The position numbers and the translations under genes were made by a program. A stretch of DNA of 64,000 nt. It comes from Eledone cirrhosa (lineage: Eukaryota). The stretch's first letter is position 1, and each line of letters starts with the position of its first letter. The notes beneath the pieces were generated by a model that was given only the letters and a program-made list of their open reading frames with translations, ran no database searches and was not told the origin of the DNA. Shown here piece after piece: positions 55,051-64,000 of this stretch. The stretch is taken from positions 107,384,001 to 107,448,000 of the forward strand of contig OZ024741.1 of NCBI GenBank assembly GCA_964016885.1, written 5' to 3'.

Positions 55051-56663
55051 GCTAAAAGTACTAGATTTCACTTAATCTATTCTTTCCATCTGAAAATTTT
55101 CTAAGCTTGTGACTATGTTAGAAAATAACTCCACGGCTAATAAATGAATTAAACTTCAGTGAAATAGAATAGTGAAGGGTATTAAATTTACGTCATAATG
55201 ACGGCTTTTCGATTCCTCAACCTAATTGTATTGTGTTCTTGAGCAAAAGATTTGACTTCACATTGTATACTCTGCTGAAAATGTAGGCAATTTAAGCCTA
55301 CGATGGACTGCCCTCATATCCAGGGAAAAGTCTTGTACTTTCAGTCGCTTAACGCAAAGGAAACTTGGATAAGCTCCGGCCTAATGAGCCATCGGGATTG
55401 AAACAGACTTTAGACTTTAAACTTAGAATATATAGGGATTATTGAACGTACACCGTGAAGATTTGAGCAACGAAAAAAAAAAAAAAAATAATGGAAATGT
55501 CATGCTTCACAATTTCGTATATTTATCGCTGATGCAAAGGAACTGTGGCGAGTAGAGTCATGTGCTGATATGATTGACAATACACTATATCAAATATTTC
55601 GAGAATATATCGTTAATAGATTATCTCACTGAATATGATGTAATTGCACATGTTAATAATTATGATTTCAATATTATTGATTTATTTTCTTGCTGTCGAT
55701 TAAAATGTAATTTTACACTGTTAATATATTATCCACATAAGGATGAAGAATTAGCAGAGTCATTAAAGCGTGGGGCAAAATGCTTTGCTGCATTTAGTTA
55801 CGGCATTTTACGTTCATATCCATCTGAGGTCACCTTTGCCTTTCATCCTTCAGGTTTCGATATAATAAAGTACCAGTCATGTAGTGGGTCGATGTAACCG
55901 ATTTTCCATTCTCTCAAATTGTCAGCTTTGAACTTAAATTAGAAATGAATATTATTGTTTTATTTTATTGCTGTCGATCAGGAAATAATAATTTCTTCTA
56001 CATTTGGCACAAGAACAACAATTTAAAGTGAGGGGAAAGTCGATTATATTGATCGTAGGCACTTTATTTTATCGATCCCGAAAGGTTGAAAGGCAAAGTT
56101 GACCTCGGCGAGACTTGAACTCAGAATGTTAAGAGACCAAACACTTACTGCGACGTGTTTGACCGACGCTTTAACGCGGATCCAAAGCAATGATCAGGAA
56201 ATAATGATATACAGATAATATTTTATCTAAACAGTTATATCCCACCTAATATTTTGTCACTATATCGTATGTTATCCCTCCCTTCTCTTCTGCGACACCA
56301 CAGCTCTTGCCGCCCCCTCTTTTTCCCGTTCTTTTTCTTATTTCTTTCTCGCTTTTTTTTCTACATTTCCTTTTGTTTCCCTTTTTTTCTTATTTTTTCT
56401 TACTAAATTTTATTTAAAAAATAAACATCTACGTCCATTCTCTGAAATATTTCTAAATTCAGATTGTCTAAATTTACAGTCATTACACACAAGGAATTTT
56501 GAATTTTCTTCAAATGACATGAATTTTATAAATAACATTTATAAATCATTGTATCTTATTTTATTTATAATACATATTGTTTTGTTTTTTTCGTCGTCGA
56601 TTAGGGAAAAAATTAAAGAAATAAAACAGCAGTAAAAACAACCAACTGGTTTCATCTTGAAAC

Positions 56664-56859
56664 ATGGGTTCAAAAAGTCGTAATTTGTCACTACTGACTC
56701 TCACACTTGCATCCATGACTGTGGTAACTCTGTCTATAAGTCTTTCAACTGATTACTGGATATATGTAAAGGAGCCTCTTGTTATCAACCCAAAGACTCA
56801 AATGGTGGTTCAGTACCGCTTTAGCAGGATGGGGCTTTGGAGGAAATGTTCGTTTGGCG
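56664..56859 (+). CDS. First coding exon of a PMP-22/EMP/claudin-superfamily gene, most like calcium-channel gamma subunit (CACNG/stargazin-like)
   Basis: MGSKSRNLSLLTLTLASMTVVTLSISLSTDYWIYVKE...RMGLWRKC: TM1, TDYW and the GLW..C signature. Polypyrimidine-AG acceptor ends at 56604; GTAAGT donor starts at 56860 (phase 1). Confidence 0.85.
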
Positions 56860-57120
56860 GTAAGTAGAGCGAAAGAGTTTTATTTTATATTCTATACTTA
56901 ATTATTACAGGTTGGACCACTTAAACCAGGCACGTCTCCTGGTCCAGTAACTTTTGAATCTACTTTCATGTACATTATACATTAATGTTTTGTTTTTAAA
57001 CCATGCATTATACGAAATAAAAAAAAAAACACTGCTGTGTTGGAAGCATTATTAGGTGATTTAGGTTTTGTTCTAGCTTTGATAAGACATCAATATATAT
57101 ATGTACATGTGTATACATAC

Positions 57121-57152
<32 letters not shown>

Positions 57153-57190
57153 GTGTGTGTGTCCATATCTATAAACACATACACTTATAT

Positions 57191-57311
<121 letters not shown>

Positions 57312-58419
57312 TATACATACATACACACACATATATATATATATATATTCAAGGTATAAATCATTCGGTGATTGATTGTAGAATCGATTATACGCTTAGA
57401 AAATGTGGCAGGAACTCTCTATTAAATTGACCAAGTACTTCAATGCTACCTATTTTATCGACTCAGAATAGATGAAAGGCAAAATCGATTTGCTTAGGAA
57501 TTGAACTCAGAAAATAAATATTGTAACTTCATACAGGAAATCGTTGGTAAGGTGTTCTACATATTCTGCCAATCTGATGTCACTCACTTCTCACAATAAT
57601 TGTTTCTACTTTTGGCACAAGACCAACAATTACCCCAGTGCATTACTGGTGCTTTATTTTATCGACCCTGTAAGGATGAAAGGCAAAGTTAATCTTGGCG
57701 GGATTTGAACTCAGAACTTAAAGGGCCATAATTTAATCCTGCAAAACATTGTGTCTGACGCTCTACTGATACTGCCAATTCTCGGCGGGATTTGAACTCA
57801 GACCGTAATAATAATGTTGAATATAACGATATTAGCAATAATATTAATAGTATTTATATATATCAACGACAACGACGACGAAAAAGATGACAATGATGCT
57901 GATTCTCCTGCTCCGTCTAATGATAATATGATGATGACTATGATGGTGAATACGACGAAAATAATATCAAAGAGTTGTACAAGTATAGCCGGCATCATAT
58001 GCTTTTCAATGCAGTTGGAGTTGGAAATTAGTTCGGACAAAAGCCAGAGAATGTTACTAAAATCGATTCTTGTAAGATCTGATGGGATTTCCCAATGTAA
58101 ACTGACCATTGAATAGAAGCACGGACACTGCATATGGTTGTTTAGAGAAAAGAAACAAATTATAGAAGGTCATGAGAACGCACACGGCAGGTCAATGCAG
58201 AATAGATCGGAAAGTATATGGATTTACTAAGAGAATTGAATCTGTATTGAGACATATATACGTATGATAACATCGGATTGTTCATATATGAATTCAATGA
58301 GAGAATTGGTGACGTACTTTCTTTCTGATTGTGTCAACAGACGGTTTGGAGGTGCAAAGTTTGTTGTTGGTGCTGCAGCGTGAATGCATTTTTCTCGGCC
58401 CCTTCATACATATATCCGG

Positions 58420-58508
<89 letters not shown>

Positions 58509-58510
<2 letters not shown>

Positions 58511-58756
58511 TGGACGGATAGGTGTCCTCATCTTGTTTTGTTGTTAACACAACGTTTCGGCTGATGTACTCTTAAAAAAAAAAAAAGTGGTTAAAAAGCG
58601 GGCTACTAACCTCAAGATTCCGAGTACAATTCTAGGCAGTGACCTAAACAAACGCTAATAATAACATCACTAGGACACCTGGTGAAGGCTGGAGCGTACA
58701 TCAGCCGAAACGTTGTGTTAACAACAAAACAAGATGAGGACATCTATCCTTCCAAT
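58509..58756. mobile_element. Family E fold-back element: 61-bp inverted arms (58509-58569 / 58696-58756), hammerhead motif 58674-58719
   Basis: gacac-CTGGTGA(A6>G)-aggctg..cagcc-GAAA-cg-TT-gtgtt. The spacer holds a tRNA-like fragment. Confidence 0.7.
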
Positions 58757-58836
58757 ATATACAATGTAAATAATTCCTCGTTTCAAAAATATAGAACAGT
58801 AATATATATATAATATAGAACAGTAATATAGAACAG

Positions 58837-58873
<37 letters not shown>

Positions 58874-58881
58874 TAGATATA

Positions 58882-59744
<863 letters not shown>

Positions 59745-59997
59745 TATATGTATATATTCATATTTCATATTTTTCCTTATGGATTCATTTTACTTATTTC
59801 TTAATAAATGGAGTATTTTCTTTATTTTGTTTTTTTAGGTTATGGAATAGGAACCAACCTTCTTGTATTGTTCCTCTTGTAATCGTTTCGCTCTTTTCTT
59901 GAATAGCTTAGAATTTTACATTCGAGTATGTATATTATGTTTATTTGAAACCTGGATCTCCCGTTGCACGACTTCACTTCATCTTGGGGATTTTTTG

Positions 59998-60047
<50 letters not shown>

Positions 60048-60050
<3 letters not shown>

Positions 60051-60232
60051 TGAGATTCTACAGGACTAGAACTGTTTCATTCTTTAGAAGTCATCAGGAA
60101 TCCTGATGATTTCTAAAGAATGCAACAGTTCTAGTCCTGTAGAATCTCATCTATATTAAAACTTTTATACTCTGCTATGTATTGAGTACCTTACTTACTG
60201 TGGTTACCTCCGATTCAACCCTGAATAACTTT
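60048..60232. mobile_element. Family D palindrome (60048-60152) plus tail; intact hammerhead motif on minus at 60054-60102
   Basis: Near-perfect palindrome centred at 60100. Reverse complement gattc-CTGATGA-cttctaaagaat-GAAA-cag..ctg-TA-gaatc. The plus arm has GCAA instead of GAAA. Confidence 0.75.
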
Positions 60233-60254
60233 ACGTGTATATATATATATATAA

Positions 60255-60366
60255 GTTGAAAAAAATGAAAACGAAATTTCATTTCTCACTCTTAGTATGG
60301 CACTTACTTAAATGTAAGTATGTATGTATACGTACATACATATATGTATACAGACGTACAGTAGCA

Positions 60367-60434
<68 letters not shown>

Positions 60435-60670
60435 AGTACACATACATATATGCACGCATCAGTTTAGCGGACGCTTATTATAACGCCGCTTTGTTCGTTT
60501 GTCAACAAACTGAACAGCCTGAATTTATGCCATACGGTGTTAAGGCAACCACGTCACCTTTTTGTTCAACACTGACACAGGAACGATGTACTAGTTTCAA
60601 GCTTGTTAGCTATCATCAGCACCGTTTACCCATCTGCCAGATAGTTGAACGTTCGAAAGTATATATATAT
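60255..60670 (-). mobile_element. Family B single unit with hammerhead motif 60583-60625
   Basis: Reverse complement acggtg-CTGATGA-tagctaacaagctt-GAAA-ctag-TA-catcgt. Confidence 0.75.
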
Positions 60671-61420
60671 ATACACGTAAAGAAGACCGATATTGTTCCA
60701 ACCACAGTCTATTCATCATCGATAACTACGTTAAATGTACACACACACACACACACACTATACATACATACACATACACACACGCACGCACACACACACA
60801 TATATAGATATATGTGTATGTATGTGTGCATGTGTGTGTGTGAGTGTATATATATGTGTGTATGTGTGTGTGTGGTGAGTAAGGGAGGCGTGAAAGAGAG
60901 AAAGACGGAAAAGGTGTAGCGAAGGAGGGAAAAGAATGTATGCGATTGTATATGTGTGTATGTGTGTGTGTGTGTGTGTGTATGAGAGAGCGAGTGTGGT
61001 GTGTGTGTGTGTGTGGGGGGGGTATTGGTTCCAGAGCTTGACCAATACTTTATTAAATAATGAAAGGCTTAATTACCCCAGGCGGGATTTGAAATCAGAT
61101 CACATCCAGCTCATTAACGATTCTACCAATTGGCAGAAATAGCGTACTAAGACATATATACATTTGGCAACATATGATTGCTTTTGAATAGATTCGTAAA
61201 GAAAATTAAATACGTACAAAGAGGCTTATACATGTGCCAGCTTTTCACTGCTTCTATGTATTCACCCGCCATCGGACAAAAACTCATCATAATACCGACT
61301 CCACTTTCTAAAGCATCGAGTATTAAGTTGAACAATTGTCTTATATGAACTGATAACTCCAATTGTTTTCTCTCCCTTACTTCATCTCTCTGTCTCTCCC
61401 CTTCTCTCTCTATATATATA

Positions 61421-61465
<45 letters not shown>

Positions 61466-61474
61466 ATCACTATC

Positions 61475-61571
<97 letters not shown>

Positions 61572-62090
61572 ATACATTTGGAGGGGCATATTCCCAATAA
61601 GAAACACACGCACTAGTTAGTTGCTTTCACTTCAATTTATTATAAATTACCGGTTGTTTGGTTGGTTCCACAACCGGATGGTTGTTCAAACATTGTCAAA
61701 CTTCTTTCTTCACACATTCTGTGACCTCATCAGTGACTGGGGATTCTTTTCTTTGTTTTGTGCCTCTCCTTTGTTCTGTCCGACGCCATCTTGTTTTTGT
61801 GTGTGTTGTATGCTTAGTTTGCGCATGTGTAACATCGGGGTGTCTCTGTGTGTTTTTATTTGTTTATTTGTTTATTTACATGTTACTAGTTAGTTTATTC
61901 TATGTGTGTGTGTTTTCATTTTGTCCTTAATTGTAAGTTGTGATGTTGCTATTCCATTCATGTTTTCTATTTAATTTTGGTTGGAATTCATTTATGTTTA
62001 TTGCCTCTGTGATTTGTCTAAACATTGCGTCTTTTCTGTGTGTAGATTTTATTTTTATTTCTGTTCTCTAATTTGCCCTTATGTTCTAAT

Positions 62091-62425
62091 TTAGCATTTC
62101 TCCACAGCAAAATCCACGTCAATGGATGGGTATAGGGCCACTACATCCATACTACCTATTATACAGTCTGTTAGGTCCATAGACAGGTTATTTTCGCTGA
62201 TTCTGCTGAGGAGGTCCTCCGTGCTGTCACATATATCCGGGGACATTTCAATGATGGGGCGTACGATCAGGACGAGAAAGTAGGAAAGTTTGTAGTTGCT
62301 AGCAATGTTAGCTCCACAGACTGGCCGTGTTGGTGGTCCTGTGACTGGGTCACTGTTCATCTTGTGGTCTTTTCGAAGCCCATATAACGCTGGCACGTCA
62401 TTGTTCCAGGCCTGGTGCGTGTGTT
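62091..62425 (-). pseudogene. Penelope-like reverse transcriptase fragment
   Basis: PALYGLRKDHK...PTRPVCGA...YKLSYFL...DSTEDLL...GSMDVVALYPSI matches the PLE RT motifs LYGLPKxHK, RPI and SxDVxxLYPSI. Confidence 0.85.
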
Positions 62426-62574
62426 TCTTATTGGCAACATGACCCTCCCAAAATATAACAATATCGGTTTCAACACATGTTTTCAGATAAAGAATCTTGC
62501 TAAACAAATTCAGAAACGAAATATATATATATATAATATATATTATATATATATATTGGTCATTGTCGGTACAC

Positions 62575-63680
62575 TTTTACATACATTTTGAGTGGCCATT
62601 GATGAAGCGGGTGTTTGTCGCTTTTGCCATTCTTTGTATTTCGTCTCGTGCTGTTGATTCACCTAGTATTTTGTCTAGCTTTATGTCAAGAAATTTCTTA
62701 AAGACATAAACGTCCACACCATATTGATCTCTCAGATTCTTCGTAGCTTATTAAAGAGCTTGGGGCATTTGAACCCCATACTATTGAGGTATCTAGTTCA
62801 TAGTCTATTCTTGAAAGTTGGGAACATTGACACTACAAATTGGCCTCCTGTTCGAGGGTTGGTCCAGCTCTCAATGCCAAAGTTTGGTGCTATTTCTTCT
62901 ATGTGTATATTACTGTGTAATTCTTCCGTCTTCTCTCTATGAAGTAGAGCTTTAGTTCTTTCAGCCTGAAATAATAGCTCATCTCTTTCAATCAGGCAAA
63001 CTTCTAAATGTAACTTCGTTGTATTGTTTCGGGTTCTGCAGTTAATTTGACACTATGGGGTGATCACATCTGAGGTGACCACGGCTGAGGACAAAAATTC
63101 TCCAGAGTATCAATATAGTTTCCTAGTTTCGTGTTCTGAAAGTCTTCAGAATTGAACCAGCCAGTCATCTACACATTGGCACTACTTTAGCGATGTGTAT
63201 ATGAAACGATACATCATTTCTCATGTCAATACACGGGTCAAGTATAGATGTCGATTCAGGGATTTCGTTTCTTCTGGGTCCGATATAGCTTTGTTGTAGT
63301 AGCTTTGTGCTGCGGGATGAAAGAGGATGGCTTGAAATCTAGCATTAAACTGCATATTGTTGTCGTCAGCCTATTTGTATATGGCATCAGAATCTTGTAA
63401 GAAGGTAACATCAGACAGATTCTTGATTGCACGTGCTGTTTTCGTGTCTTCCGCATATCTTTTGAGTGGTGCTGTCTGTACAACGGAGCATATGTCTGAG
63501 AGTGCCACCTCAAACAGCAGTGGGAGCCACCACTTGTTACTGATGATTCCTTTGAAAGGGCTCCGTTGGCCGCAACTGTCTGGCTTCTATCTTGTAAGAT
63601 GTAATGAAGCCATCAGATAATATTCCAACTATGCCAAAACTATATCTATATGTATAACCTTGTATTATCAAACTGCACCT
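62575..63680 (-). mobile_element. CR1/L2-type LINE remnant, related to 2525-3810
   Basis: Nucleotide similarity to the 2700-3580 segment (ttgatctctcag, taaagagcttggggc, gcaac.gtctgg, tgaagccat). Heavily degraded. Confidence 0.7.
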
Positions 63681-64000
63681 TGATCTATATTGTATTTCCC
63701 CTGTGTTTTGATTTCTCCGATATGTTCTTATATACTTCCGTTTTACTCCATGCATCACCACCCTAGTTATGACGGCATTTTATTTATGTATTTTGCTTTT
63801 TATTTACGTATTTCGCTTATTATTCCTTTTATTTATGTGTTTATTTACTCGCTTTACTCTCATTATATACTTATCATTGTGCTCATTAGCACACGACCCT
63901 AGAATATTACTTTCTGTACCCTTATATCTGTTTATCTTTATTCACTCCTCCTACCCACCCAAGAACCGCACTACATATAAATATAGTCTATTTGCGCATT

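Noticed and set aside
59820-59900. Acceptor-like tttttag at ~59838 as exon 2 of the CACNG-like gene
   Set aside because: The phase-1 continuation stops after about 14 codons and shows no family motif.

Overview
AT-rich, microsatellite-saturated eukaryotic DNA. The repeat families suggest a cephalopod such as octopus, which is an inference. Nearly all listed ORFs are translations of (TA)n/(CA)n/(GA)n repeats. The only credible host coding sequence is one exon (56664-56859, +) of a claudin-superfamily/CACNG (stargazin-like) gene. The rest is a tRNA-derived SINE (>20 copies, one tandem array), CR1, RTE, R4/Dong-like and Tx1/L1 LINE remnants, a Chapaev3-like DNA transposon with TIRs and a TTA target-site duplication, and Penelope-like (PLE) RT and GIY-YIG remnants. 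The main observation is a set of about nine unrelated short non-coding repeat families (my labels A-I). They sit in or next to (TA)n tracts, carry minimal type I hammerhead ribozyme motifs (mostly with palindromic helix III; family A has only the 3' half), and usually occur as fold-back inverted repeats in which only one arm carries a 3' tail. The tails of four families share a GAGTRCYY motif, in three of them on a covarying bulged hairpin. Family B forms ~425-bp head-to-tail units like a non-LTR retrozyme. All structures were paired by eye; no ribozyme activity or expression is shown.
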